A stretch of 61,379 nucleotides of DNA from Pseudomonadota bacterium (lineage in GTDB: Bacteria; Pseudomonadota; Alphaproteobacteria; Paracaedibacterales; CAIOTO01). The notes under the pieces were generated by a model. That model worked only from the letters and a program-made list of their open reading frames with translations, searched no databases and was not told the origin of the DNA. The translations under genes were made by a program, and so were the position numbers. Location of the stretch: the NCBI GenBank assembly GCA_040389165.1, contig JAZKAK010000025.1, positions 1 through 61,379 on the forward strand. Reading direction: 5' to 3'. This document shows positions 1 through 9,850 of this stretch, piece after piece; positions within the stretch are counted from its first letter, which is position 1; each line of letters opens with the position of its first letter.

Positions 1-20
1 TTCAGGACTTATTGCCAAAT

Positions 21-55
21 TACCAATCGTCCGCTTAGGGGACGTTGGTAGTTAC
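21..55 (-). mobile_element. Putative IS200/IS605-family terminal hairpin (element would extend beyond the left edge)
   Basis: Minus strand reads GTAACTACCAACGTCC-CCTAAGC-GGACG(A)TTGGTA: an imperfect hairpin starting within AACTACC, resembling HUH-transposon ends. It supplies the TAA that ends the 52..588 ORF. Confidence 0.4.
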
Positions 56-588
56 ATCCAATGATATGAATACGGCAATCTATGACACAAAGCACCAAAT
101 GGTATATGACCAAATTTAAAATGGTTGCTTACAAAATGATAAACAGCACTATTACCAGAGACCATTGGCGCTTCTAAAATAAGAGCCCCTATCTTGTTAC
201 CCCATTTCCCCTCCTCTCTAACTTTATCCAATTCGACTAGATTTGCCAGATAAATTAACAAAGAAGCCGTACCTTGGGATGAGGCATGAAACACAATCTT
301 TTTGATATCTTCATTAAAAAATATAGGATCAATGTGCGATTTAAGACAATCCTGACAATGTTTTTGTCCAAAATCGTCAATCAAATTATGCGTGTTAATA
401 AAAGTTTGATGTGCTGAAGAATACGGATGAATTATACCTGACTCTTCAAGGTTTGTACCACCGTATCCGTCTTGACCTGTAATAACAACGTATTGTACAG
501 AAGGATCGCGAACTTGTTCAAGCTCACACGAGAAACTATTGTTAATTAGAAAAAAAAATATTAAGGAGAAGTAAAATACATACTTCAT
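52..588 (-). CDS. Exported alpha/beta-hydrolase-fold protein, probably 3'-truncated
   Basis: N-terminal signal peptide. HASSQG nucleophile-elbow-like motif, then ALILEAP strand. ORF stops at 178 aa, before any catalytic Asp/His region. Confidence 0.5.
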   Translation of the reverse strand: MKYVFYFSLIFFFLINNSFSCELEQVRDPSVQYVVITGQDGYGGTNLEESGIIHPYSSAHQTFINTHNLIDDFGQKHCQDCLKSHIDPIFFNEDIKKIVFHASSQGTASLLIYLANLVELDKVREEGKWGNKIGALILEAPMVSGNSAVYHFVSNHFKFGHIPFGALCHRLPYSYHWM

Positions 589-651
589 AAATACACCTCG
601 TAAAATGGATATTTTCGAGAATCATTATATGTATGTTAAATATACAACGTA

Positions 652-676
652 CGTAGTTAACACAAGGTTAACTACG
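652..676. promoter_or_regulatory. Inverted repeat containing a CtrA-box-like motif
   Basis: CGTAGTTAAC-acaag-GTTAACTACG is a 10-bp perfect inverted repeat and includes GTTAA-N7-TTAAC (656-672). Confidence 0.4.
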
Positions 677-803
677 CATTATTTTATACGTATGTTTTTT
701 ACATTTATTTTATATATAGATAATCATTTCAACAAAAAGGCATGCGCGTTTTATAGCTGCATATTTTATCAGTGTCCTAAAAATGAATTACAGAAATTGT
801 ATG

Positions 804-2240
804 CTAAAGAAGTTCACTATCCTTACTTAGCGTTTCATCTTCTGAAACCATTTTGGGTAATGGTTCTTGTTGACGCCGCAAGATAGAAATAAAGAACCCA
901 TCAGTTGCATGTAAATGTGGAAGCAATTGAACGCCATAAGCGTTGTCTCCAATTTCATTTTCCTGAGTTATTTTCTTGTGCAAGTTTTCATAAAAAACGG
1001 CTCTCGATACAGGCTTTACAATTGGCTTGGGTGCTTCCTGTTGGCCACTTACAACCTCATTTGCTTGCTCAGCGACGCATTCCACTAATGGATCTTCTGT
1101 TATTAGTTTAAATTCAGGATGATTTTCCAAGAACCAGGTGATTTGATCTTGATTTTCAGCTTTAAAGACAGAGCACGTTGCATAAATCAACCAGCCACCG
1201 GGACGTACCAGCGGCGCAACCTTTGTTAAGATAGAACGTTGAACTGCTTGCAGTTCGGCAATATCATTCGACGTTGTTTTAAATTTCATATCTGGATTAC
1301 GTCGCCATGTTCCCGTACCCGAGCAAGGTGCATCAACCAAAACACGATCAAAGAATTTCTGATGGCGTTTAAGAAATTTAGGGTCATCTGCTTGCTGACA
1401 ACGGACATTATGCACATCTGCACGACGTATGCGCTCGCGCGCTCTTTTAAGGCGCCAATCGTGAATGTCACAAGCAAACAGCTGTCCTTTGTTTTGCATT
1501 GCTGCCGCTAAAGCAAGTGTTTTGCCACCTGCACCCGCACAATAGTCTAATACTGTCATTTTGGAAGAGGCCTCGCAGGAAAGCGCTATCAATTGTGAGC
1601 CTTCATCTTGAACTTCTATCACACCTTCTTTAAAAAGTGGATGTCCCTCAAGAGCTTGACGTTTATTAAAACGAATGCCGATGGGGCTGAGCGTGGTTGC
1701 TGACACTTCGTACCCATCTGCCATAAGCAACACTAAAACTGCCTCACGTGTTGATTTAAGCGTATTAACACGTACATCAAAGGTTCCTTCTGTTAGATAA
1801 GCAGCAGAAAGATCCTCGCAGACCTTCATAGGCAAAGATTCTAGAAAGAAGGGATACAACTCTTCCGATATAGCAAGCTCTTCGGCTTTAGTAAGAACTT
1901 CTGGTGCTTCCAGCTGACACATTTCTTGTTTGGTCAAACTGTCAGGCGAATAAGCGTTTCCATTAAAAATTTCGCGTAAGTCTGGTATCGTTAACTGATT
2001 TTCATCCCTCAATACCATTAGCATTAGCAAACGCGCATTGTCGCCTGTAAGCCGGCTATATCGTGGCACACGGCGCAAAGCTGAATACATACACGTTGCA
2101 ATGGCACGCTTGTCTTTCGAGCCGATATAACGTCGTTCACGAAAATAAGCACTGAGTAGTTTATCTGCTGGAATGTTTTTTTGATCAAAAATATTTTGAC
2201 ATATATCAATGGCAGCTTGAATTTGGGCAGGAGATTGCAT
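804..2240 (-). CDS. RsmB/NOP family class I SAM-dependent RNA m5C methyltransferase
   Basis: Motifs EVQDEGSQL, DYCAGAGGKT, VLVDAPCSGTG, YATCS, TDGFF. Confidence 0.93.
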   Translation of the reverse strand: MQSPAQIQAAIDICQNIFDQKNIPADKLLSAYFRERRYIGSKDKRAIATCMYSALRRVPRYSRLTGDNARLLMLMVLRDENQLTIPDLREIFNGNAYSPDSLTKQEMCQLEAPEVLTKAEELAISEELYPFFLESLPMKVCEDLSAAYLTEGTFDVRVNTLKSTREAVLVLLMADGYEVSATTLSPIGIRFNKRQALEGHPLFKEGVIEVQDEGSQLIALSCEASSKMTVLDYCAGAGGKTLALAAAMQNKGQLFACDIHDWRLKRARERIRRADVHNVRCQQADDPKFLKRHQKFFDRVLVDAPCSGTGTWRRNPDMKFKTTSNDIAELQAVQRSILTKVAPLVRPGGWLIYATCSVFKAENQDQITWFLENHPEFKLITEDPLVECVAEQANEVVSGQQEAPKPIVKPVSRAVFYENLHKKITQENEIGDNAYGVQLLPHLHATDGFFISILRRQQEPLPKMVSEDETLSKDSELL

Positions 2241-2256
2241 AATTGTTATTCATAAC

Positions 2257-3153
2257 TTATGTAATAGGGTCTTGATGAATGATTACATCAGCATTGGGGA
2301 AAATAGCAACAACATTCTGCTCAATATCTTCGGCAAGAGCATGCGCGTCGTGTAAAGTTAGGCTGCCATCCAAATCAAGATGCATTTGTATAAAAATACG
2401 TTGTCCAGATGAGCGTGTACGCAAGTCATGAACACCTTTGATCTTAGGGTTCTGAGAAGCAATGGCACGAACTTGCTCAACAATAGCAGTTGGTAGCTCA
2501 CGGTCCATCAAAATATCAAATGATGTTTTTCCGATTGCGTATGATGTTTTGAAAATATAAATAGCAATTAATACAGCCATAATCCAATCAATGTAAAGTG
2601 CTTCTAGAAAATTTGCTGTAACAAAGCTGATTAAAACAGCAGCATCTGTAACTAAATCTGTTTTGTAATGGAGAGAATCAGCAGAAACCGCAAGAGAATT
2701 GGTTCTTTTTACTACATAATTTTGCCATAAAACGAGTATAAAAGTTAATATTGATCCTGAAATCATGATAATTATGGCGGTAAAATTAAATATTAATTTT
2801 TCAGGAGATGAAATTCTAAATATAATTTCTTTAAGTAGCCATAACGACGATGCGGCAATAAAAAGTGATTGGAATAAACCTGCAAGCGCCTCTACTTTAC
2901 CGTGCCCAAAACGATGGTCTTCATCGGCAGGTTCGAGCGCTTGCCGAATGGCAAAAAAATTGACAACAGATACGCCTCCATCAAGCAGTGAATCAATAAG
3001 AGATGCTTTTATGCTAAGTGAATCAGTGAGTGAATAGGCAAAAGCCTTGCCAAACACAAGTATTGTTGCAACAAGGATAGCCGCAATTGTTGCACTTTGT
3101 AGTAGAAAGCGTTGAGAAAAAGGGGTGTGTCTTGCCATGAATCTTTGCGTCAT
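2257..3153 (-). CDS. fieF: Cation diffusion facilitator family transporter (FieF-like)
   Basis: ASLIDSLLD, PADEDHRFGHGKVEAL, ADSLHYKTD, HDLRTR and IIHQDP motifs; about six TM segments. Confidence 0.9.
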   Translation of the reverse strand: MTQRFMARHTPFSQRFLLQSATIAAILVATILVFGKAFAYSLTDSLSIKASLIDSLLDGGVSVVNFFAIRQALEPADEDHRFGHGKVEALAGLFQSLFIAASSLWLLKEIIFRISSPEKLIFNFTAIIIMISGSILTFILVLWQNYVVKRTNSLAVSADSLHYKTDLVTDAAVLISFVTANFLEALYIDWIMAVLIAIYIFKTSYAIGKTSFDILMDRELPTAIVEQVRAIASQNPKIKGVHDLRTRSSGQRIFIQMHLDLDGSLTLHDAHALAEDIEQNVVAIFPNADVIIHQDPIT

Positions 3154-3487
3154 TATAAGCTTAAAGGGATTTTATTCTTTTAGAAATAAACTAAATTATG
3201 CTAAAAAGCGATCTTATTCTTGATTAATCGGAAATGGTTATTTTGATGCGTATAGCTAAATCAGAATGAGGTGAATGAAAATAGAATTTACGGCCTCATT
3301 ATTGAATGAGTTGTTATAATAAATATATGTATATTACGTTTTTGCAAACATGCATGGTTTCATTGAAAAAATATAAATGAGAATTATAGTTTATCAATAA
3401 AACAGAACGTATTAATACCACATAGGAATTTCATGCTTATCCGAGTGAGCAACACATGCAGATACGCTCGTGTCTCTGTAATTTTCT

Positions 3488-3979
3488 TTAAGCTGCAAAA
3501 AAAACATCAGCTTTATGCCTATTTACTAGCAGCATATTTGAAAATTCGATGTATTTTTCCGTTATTTCTTGAGCACGTTCTTCTTCATATGTATACATAT
3601 GTAATGCATGATTTGTGCTTAAATCATTATCCACAACTTCTTCGGTACCATTCTCATTAATTGAAGCAGAACCAGATACATTGCTCTCTTCAGCTATTAC
3701 ATCATTAGTAGATATAGCATCTGAAACATCATTACTCATTATATTATCTGACTTATAATTATTTAACATACTTGTAAATAAACCAAATAATGCTATATCT
3801 GTTAATAATTCTTTTTCCAGACGTTCTGGAACTAGTACAGATTTTGAATCAGCGGCCTTAAGGAGGATATCCTCATCAGGCAGCACGTCATCTTTACTCA
3901 GCCTCCCTCTACCTATTGAATTAAGAGGAAGCGACCCCGTAAACGATCCTGTATTTGGAAATAATCCTTCCATACTCAT
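3488..3979 (-). CDS. Hypothetical acidic protein
   Basis: Open frame; ATG at 3979 has GGAGG just upstream (ORF track extends to 4069). No recognisable family. Confidence 0.55.
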   Translation of the reverse strand: MSMEGLFPNTGSFTGSLPLNSIGRGRLSKDDVLPDEDILLKAADSKSVLVPERLEKELLTDIALFGLFTSMLNNYKSDNIMSNDVSDAISTNDVIAEESNVSGSASINENGTEEVVDNDLSTNHALHMYTYEEERAQEITEKYIEFSNMLLVNRHKADVFFAA

Positions 3980-4126
3980 ATTGCCCTCCATAAACACGTT
4001 TTTACTTCTAATAATAAGTATAGTTTTTATTTTATGGAAGTCAATATTGGATCTCATACTAAAATACAAAATTATTCTTTAATATGTTTATATGCGCAAC
4101 TATATGATTCATAGGTCATACCTATA

Positions 4127-5392
4127 TCACGTATTTTTTGTTATCTTAACCACTGTAATTTGATTACGTTGTCTACGAATAATTTCTAATTTAAATCCAT
4201 GTAAGCTGAAGATTTGTCCAACATGGGGGATAGTACGTGTCTCATATAAAATAAATCCACCTAAGGTAGCGGCGTCTTCATCAGGCAAATCCCAATCTAG
4301 CTGGCGATTCAAATCACGCAGAGTTACACTTCCGTCAACGACATAAGATCCATCCGCTTGCAAACGAATGCCACCATGTGCAGCAATGTCGTGTTCGTCA
4401 GAGATCTCCCCGACGATCTCCTCTAAAATATCTTCTAATGTAACAATTCCAAGCAATGCGCCATATTCGTCAACAACAAGCGAGAAATGCTCACGTCGTG
4501 CTCGAAATGCATGCAGCTGATCAAGCAAGTCTGTACTTTCAGGAATAAACCAAGGTTTTGTTGCTATGGACTCAATAGAAAGTTTATCGTCGATAATTTC
4601 AGAGTGCGATCGTACGGCGCGCAAAAGGGCTTTTGCGTTTACAATACCAATAACATTCTCTTTATTCGTTTTCCATAAAGGAAGGCGGGTAAATGGTGAA
4701 GACAGGACTTGATCCACAATAGAACTTAACGAATCTTCAGCATCAAGCATGGTTACATTTTTACGATGCACCATAATCTCGGAAACATTGACAGAACCTA
4801 AATCTAAAATACTTTTAAGCATTGCCTTTTCGTGCACGACGTCTTGATTTTGACCAGTATGAAGATCTATGGCACCACGAAGCTCCTCAACGGAGGCTTG
4901 ATAGTCTGCCTGAGAGGCTGTCGTCTTAATACCAAATAACCCAACACTTTTTCGTGCAATCCAATGGATAATGTGATTACATGGTCTAAAGAGATTGAAA
5001 ACAACACGCAAAAATTTAGCAGATATTAACAAAAGTTTTTCTGAATGTACAATAGCCAGCATTTTTGGCATAACTTCACAATAAACAACAATTATAACAC
5101 TCATGATTGTTGCAGCAATTTCACCACCGCGCTCTCCCCATACAGAATAACAAAGTTTACCGGCAAAGATGACAGCCCACGCATTGAGTACAATATTACA
5201 GCTAATAAATACACTAATTGCATAACCTAAGTTTTGTTGGAAATGCCTAATAATAGCTGCCCGGTTATCACCCTCTTTTGCAAGTTGATGAAAGCGCGCC
5301 TTTGATGCGGCTGTAATTGCGGTCTCACACGCTGAGAAGAAAGATGATATAATCAGAAATGTGAGAATAATAACAATAAGTATAATATTCAT
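4127..5392 (-). CDS. HlyC/CorC (CNNM) family transporter: DUF21, CBS pair, CorC domain
   Basis: SSFFSACETAITA, EVMPK, SPFTRLP, VVDEYG...LEDILEEIVGEISDEHD. Confidence 0.92.
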   Translation of the reverse strand: MNIILIVIILTFLIISSFFSACETAITAASKARFHQLAKEGDNRAAIIRHFQQNLGYAISVFISCNIVLNAWAVIFAGKLCYSVWGERGGEIAATIMSVIIVVYCEVMPKMLAIVHSEKLLLISAKFLRVVFNLFRPCNHIIHWIARKSVGLFGIKTTASQADYQASVEELRGAIDLHTGQNQDVVHEKAMLKSILDLGSVNVSEIMVHRKNVTMLDAEDSLSSIVDQVLSSPFTRLPLWKTNKENVIGIVNAKALLRAVRSHSEIIDDKLSIESIATKPWFIPESTDLLDQLHAFRARREHFSLVVDEYGALLGIVTLEDILEEIVGEISDEHDIAAHGGIRLQADGSYVVDGSVTLRDLNRQLDWDLPDEDAATLGGFILYETRTIPHVGQIFSLHGFKLEIIRRQRNQITVVKITKNT

Positions 5393-5401
5393 AAAATGCC
5401 T

Positions 5402-5914
5402 TTAAGCGTTTTTTTCTAACTGAGATTGTTGATTTTCAATAAGCTCATCTGATTGTTCTTTTGATTGCTGTTCCATTGATGAAATGCAATCTATAAAGTC
5501 TTGTACGTTTGCAAAGTCTTTATAAATGCTTGCAAAACGCACATAAGCGACTGGATCTAAATTAAAGAGGGATTGCATAACCATTTCACCGATGATATGC
5601 GTTGAAATATCAGCTTCTCCACTAGTTTCGAACTGCCTAATAATGCTTGAAATAACACGTTCAATTTTATTTGGGTCAAGAGAATGCTTTTGCATAGCAG
5701 ATGAAACAGATCGTACTAATTTCTCACGATCAAATGGAACCCTATGACCATCTTTTTTGATAACCATAAGATCACGTAATTGAATACGTTCGAATGTAGT
5801 GAAGCGTGAACCACATTCAGAACAAATGCGACGTCTACGAATAGCCGCTTGATCATCGGTTGTTCGAGAATCTTTTACTGAAGTATCATTATGACCGCAA
5901 AAGGGACATCGCAT
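5402..5914 (-). CDS. nrdR: Transcriptional repressor NrdR
   Basis: MRCPFCG...DSR...IRRRRICSECGSRFTTFE zinc ribbon, ATP cone, VAYVRFASIY. Confidence 0.97.
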   Translation of the reverse strand: MRCPFCGHNDTSVKDSRTTDDQAAIRRRRICSECGSRFTTFERIQLRDLMVIKKDGHRVPFDREKLVRSVSSAMQKHSLDPNKIERVISSIIRQFETSGEADISTHIIGEMVMQSLFNLDPVAYVRFASIYKDFANVQDFIDCISSMEQQSKEQSDELIENQQSQLEKNA

Positions 5915-5919
5915 TCAGT

Positions 5920-7194
5920 TTAGGCCTTTTTATAAATAGGAAAAGTTTGGCAAAGAGCATTGATTTCGTGTTTGACCTCTGGAACAACAGAATCAATTGT
6001 CCCATCAGCAATCGCTTTTAATATGCGTGCGATTAAGCTGCCAACATGACCAAATTCCGTTACACCAAAACCGCGTGTCGTACAGGCAGCGGCACCCAAA
6101 CGAATGCCCGATGTAATCATTGGAGGTAGAGGATCATTCGGAATACCATTTTTATTGCAAGTTATACGCGCTTGATCCAAGACTGATTCAGCATCTTTTC
6201 CTGTAACACCTGCTTTTGTCAAATCTACCAAAATGAGGTGAGAATCAGTTCCGCCAGAAATAAGTGGAAAACCTTCGTTTACAAGAACGCGTCCCATAGC
6301 TTGCGTATTTTCAATAACTTGTTTTGCGTATATTTTAAAACTGGGATCTAGTGCCTCACCAAAAGCAACCGCTTTTGCTGCAATGACGTGCATTAACGGT
6401 CCACCTTGTAGACCTGGAAATATAGCTGAATTTATTTTTTTAGCAATAGTTTCATCATTTGTCAAAATAATGCCGCCGCGCGGTCCACGTAATGTTTTAT
6501 GGGTAGTTGACGTAACAACATGCGCGTGAGGCACAGGATTTGGATAAACACCCGCGGCGGCAAGGCCGGCAAAATGCGCCATGTCTACCATTAAAAAAGC
6601 ACCAATACTATCAGCAATTGCACGAAAACGAGCAAAGTCGATAGCACGTGGATACGCTGAACCGCCTGCTATAATAAGCTTTGGTTTATGTTGTTCGGCT
6701 AAACGTTGAACTTCATCGTAGTCGATCATGTGCGTTTCAGGATAAACACCATAACTTACAGCATTAAACCATCTTCCGGATAAGTTAACCGGAGAACCAT
6801 GTGTTAAATGCCCACCATGATTTAAAGATAATCCTAAAAATGTATCCCCTGGACTGAGTAGAGCAAGAAAAACACCTTGATTGGCTTGCGAGCCGGAATG
6901 CGGCTGCACGTTAGCAAATTCACACCCAAATAATTTTTTCAAACGTTGAATGGCAAGTATTTCCACAACATCGACATGTTCACAACCACCATAATACCGA
7001 CGTCCAGCATACCCTTCAGCATACTTGTTCGTCATAACTGAACCTTGCGCGTGCATTACAGCCCGTGAAACATAATTCTCTGAAGCAATTAATTCAATTT
7101 GATCATGCTGCCGCTGCCATTCGCTTTCAATTGCTTGCCAAACCAATGGGTCGGAGTCGGGTAAATGACGCTCAAAGAAGGCGTTTGTTGACAT
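5920..7194 (-). CDS. glyA: Serine hydroxymethyltransferase
   Basis: [27 protein letters not shown]. True start is MSTNAFF at 7194; the longer ORF overlaps a tRNA. Confidence 0.97.
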   Translation of the reverse strand: MSTNAFFERHLPDSDPLVWQAIESEWQRQHDQIELIASENYVSRAVMHAQGSVMTNKYAEGYAGRRYYGGCEHVDVVEILAIQRLKKLFGCEFANVQPHSGSQANQGVFLALLSPGDTFLGLSLNHGGHLTHGSPVNLSGRWFNAVSYGVYPETHMIDYDEVQRLAEQHKPKLIIAGGSAYPRAIDFARFRAIADSIGAFLMVDMAHFAGLAAAGVYPNPVPHAHVVTSTTHKTLRGPRGGIILTNDETIAKKINSAIFPGLQGGPLMHVIAAKAVAFGEALDPSFKIYAKQVIENTQAMGRVLVNEGFPLISGGTDSHLILVDLTKAGVTGKDAESVLDQARITCNKNGIPNDPLPPMITSGIRLGAAACTTRGFGVTEFGHVGSLIARILKAIADGTIDSVVPEVKHEINALCQTFPIYKKA

Positions 7195-7215
7195 ACGTGG
7201 CACCTGAAATATAAA

Positions 7216-7290
<75 letters not shown>

Positions 7291-7447
7291 TTTTTTAAAA
7301 CAGATTCATATTTGCATATGCCAAAGGTTAGATCAAGGAAAAATGATACGTATCAATTAAAACTCTTTTAGAATCATACGAATAGCATCATATGAAACTC
7401 ACCCTACCCTCTTAATCACGTTTTTTACACAAAACAAAAAAATACTG

Positions 7448-7476
7448 TTGACGAAACCAGAATTTCTTTGTATTAA
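7448..7476 (+). promoter_or_regulatory. Sigma70-type promoter for tRNA-Lys
   Basis: TTGACG-17 bp-TATTAA about 35 bp upstream of the tRNA. Confidence 0.55.
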
Positions 7477-7511
7477 TGTAGAGGTTGTTTAGGAAACATA
7501 AACAGCCATAC

Positions 7512-7587
7512 GGGCCCTTAGCTCAGCTGGTAGAGCATCTGACTTTTAATCAGGTGGTCGAAGGTTCGAATCCTTCAGGGCCCACCA
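7512..7587 (+). tRNA. tRNA-Lys (TTT)
   Basis: GGGCCCT acceptor stem, TCTGA-CTTTTAA-TCAGG anticodon arm, GGTTCGAATCC, encoded CCA. Confidence 0.96.
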
Positions 7588-7720
7588 ACTTTATTGCAAT
7601 TTCAAAAGTATTCATAAATTGTAATTTAAAAAAATACGTGACATCTCAATCAGATCAGTACTTTTCGCAGTTTTCAACCAAAATCACATTCAACTAAGCT
7701 ATTTTGCCATTATTTCTTGA

Positions 7721-8173
7721 TTACCTGTGCACGTGTAGTTGGCGCATTGCTTCTGTCAAGACCATCGCTGCTGCAATAGCTACATTTAATGACCTGCATA
7801 AGGGATTCATTGGAATATACACGCTAGCAAAGCATCGGGCGAACACATCATCCGGCACACCATCACTTTCGCGACCAACCATTAACACATCGTCGACTGC
7901 AAATTTAAAATCATAAAAAGAACATTCACCTTTTACATCTAACAAAATCACACGATTGTTTTTACGTGCATGCCAGAATGCCTCAATATCAACATGCTGT
8001 GTCAAATTTGCTTGTTCTCGATAATCCATCCCTGCACGTTTCAACCGTTTATCATCAATAATAAAACTGCATGGCTCAATCAAATCAAGCGGCACATCAA
8101 GGCATGCGCCAACCCGCATGAGCGTTCCCGTATTTTGTGGAATTTCAGGTCTAAAAAGAGCAAGTCTTAACAT
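7721..8173 (-). CDS. trmL: tRNA (cytidine/uridine-34-2'-O)-methyltransferase TrmL (SPOUT)
   Basis: PEIPQNTG, LKRAGMDY, GRESDGVP, IPM...RSLNVA motifs. Confidence 0.92.
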   Translation of the reverse strand: MLRLALFRPEIPQNTGTLMRVGACLDVPLDLIEPCSFIIDDKRLKRAGMDYREQANLTQHVDIEAFWHARKNNRVILLDVKGECSFYDFKFAVDDVLMVGRESDGVPDDVFARCFASVYIPMNPLCRSLNVAIAAAMVLTEAMRQLHVHR

Positions 8174-8278
8174 TTTCAAAAAACCAAAATATTATACATT
8201 CTTGCAAAATAGTGGGTTGTACGTTAGATTACAAGGGTATTTTTACGACTTATAATTTTCCACATAAAGAGACCTTTT

Positions 8279-9652
8279 ATGATTGAATCAACGATACTAC
8301 GCGCATACGACATACGAGGAACCTTTGGCTTAACATTATCACGTGATGTTGCTGTGTCTATCGGAGAACAATTTGGTGCATGGCTTAGAGCACATGATAA
8401 ATCAACAATTGCTATCGGGTATGATGGACGCTTAAGTTCACCAACCCTTCGTGATGGACTCATCGAAGGTCTTTTGTCAAAAGGTATCGATGTAACGAAT
8501 ATTGGCCGTGGACCAACCCCCATGCTTTATTTTGCCGTTCAACAACTGGGACTAGACGCAGGCATAATGATCACAGGGTCTCACAATCCTCCAGCTGATA
8601 ATGGTTTTAAAATCACGCTTAGCGATCGTCCTTTTTATGGAAATGACTTGCAAGATTTAAATGATCCAGCCCTAAGTGCAGCTTACATTGAAACGCCAGG
8701 AAAGGTATCCTCAATTTGCGTCATGGCAGCTTACATGCAACGACTCATAAAAGATTTAAATTGGGGAGATGTAGGATTACGCGTAGCCATTGATTGCGGT
8801 AATGGCGCAACAGGCGAAGTTATGGAATTACTGAGCAAAAAACTTCCAGCAAACATCCACGTACAATTACTTTATTCCGATATTGACGGCACTTTTCCCA
8901 ATCATCATCCAGATCCAGCAGATCCAACAAATCTAGAAGATTTGATTAAACGTGTTAAGAACGAAAAATTAGACTTAGGGCTAGCATTTGATGGTGATGG
9001 CGATCGACTCGGCGTTGTTGATCGTCAGGGACGTGTTATTTGGGGTGATCAACTTACGCTTTTTTTTGCTATGGCAATTCTGAAACTTAATCCAGGCGCG
9101 ACAGTAATGGCAGATGTTAAGACCAGTCAGTTGGTTTTTGATTCAATCGAATCAGCCGGTGGGCAAGCTATCATGTCACCTACTGGGCATTCACATTTCA
9201 AATCACTTATGCCAAAGACAGGCGCTATTTTTGGAGGAGAGATGAGTGGTCATTTCTTTTTCAAAGATCGCTATTACGGATACGACGATGGCATTTATGC
9301 AGCAATCCGCATGCTGGAGCTAACGTCATTTGGCTATGATATTGGTCAGTTTTTAGATTTAATACCGCATTTCTATGCATCACCAGAAATAAAGATCACC
9401 TGCCCCGATACAGAAAAATTTGAGGTTATCGATGCTGTTAAAAAGAAATTAAAAGATGCTCACCTTGAATTTTGCGGCATTGATGGAATTCGTTTTCGCA
9501 CAGAAACTGGCTGGTGGCTTTTAAGGGCTTCTAATACAACACCTATTTTAGTTGCGCGCTTTGAAAGCTTTACGGAAACAGGGATTGGAAAATTAGAAGA
9601 GCACCTAAGAACCCTACTTAATGGGTTAATTGACACTCCTCTTGGTTTCTGA
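8279..9652 (+). CDS. Phosphomannomutase/phosphoglucomutase
   Basis: RAYDIRG, ITGSHNP (phosphoserine), DGDGDR, GEMSGH, LLRASNT. Confidence 0.94.
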   Translation: MIESTILRAYDIRGTFGLTLSRDVAVSIGEQFGAWLRAHDKSTIAIGYDGRLSSPTLRDGLIEGLLSKGIDVTNIGRGPTPMLYFAVQQLGLDAGIMITGSHNPPADNGFKITLSDRPFYGNDLQDLNDPALSAAYIETPGKVSSICVMAAYMQRLIKDLNWGDVGLRVAIDCGNGATGEVMELLSKKLPANIHVQLLYSDIDGTFPNHHPDPADPTNLEDLIKRVKNEKLDLGLAFDGDGDRLGVVDRQGRVIWGDQLTLFFAMAILKLNPGATVMADVKTSQLVFDSIESAGGQAIMSPTGHSHFKSLMPKTGAIFGGEMSGHFFFKDRYYGYDDGIYAAIRMLELTSFGYDIGQFLDLIPHFYASPEIKITCPDTEKFEVIDAVKKKLKDAHLEFCGIDGIRFRTETGWWLLRASNTTPILVARFESFTETGIGKLEEHLRTLLNGLIDTPLGF

Positions 9653-9697
9653 TTGATCAAACAATATCCCCCTTTCAGATCATCTTGCGAACGCTAC

Positions 9698-9784
9698 CGT
9701 CATGGCGAGCCTGAAGGTCGCGGCCATCCAGGGCTATTGAAATACATGGATGGCCACAAAAGCCGAGGCTTTCTCGCAATGATG
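9698..9784. repeat. CGTC/GTCAT-ended palindromic element (REP/RPE-like)
   Basis: CGTCATGGCGAG...GGCCATCCA-spacer-TGGATGGCC...CTCGCAATGATG nested inverted repeats, GC-rich, between convergent genes. Confidence 0.7.
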
Positions 9785-9850
9785 AAATAACAGAGAATGC
9801 CAACACCCACTTTTCGCAAAATGATCTGAAATGGGTATATAAAGCAGAAA

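Noticed and set aside
550-558. T9 tract in the signal-peptide region of the first ORF as a phase-variation switch
   Set aside because: Homopolymers of this length are common in AT-rich DNA and it simply encodes Phe-Phe-Phe; there is no evidence of variation.
930-1100. Extra segment near the C-terminus of the RsmB-like protein as an RPE insertion
   Set aside because: The DNA is not palindromic and does not match the repeat families seen here; likely a variable loop.
7485-7697. 70-aa ORF over tRNA-Lys (similarly the 65-aa ORF at 54648-54845)
   Set aside because: Both are translations of tRNA genes.
7512-7720. tRNA-Lys (or the other tRNAs) as a genomic-island integration site
   Set aside because: No integrase and no duplicated tRNA 3' end seen in the window; flanking genes are housekeeping.
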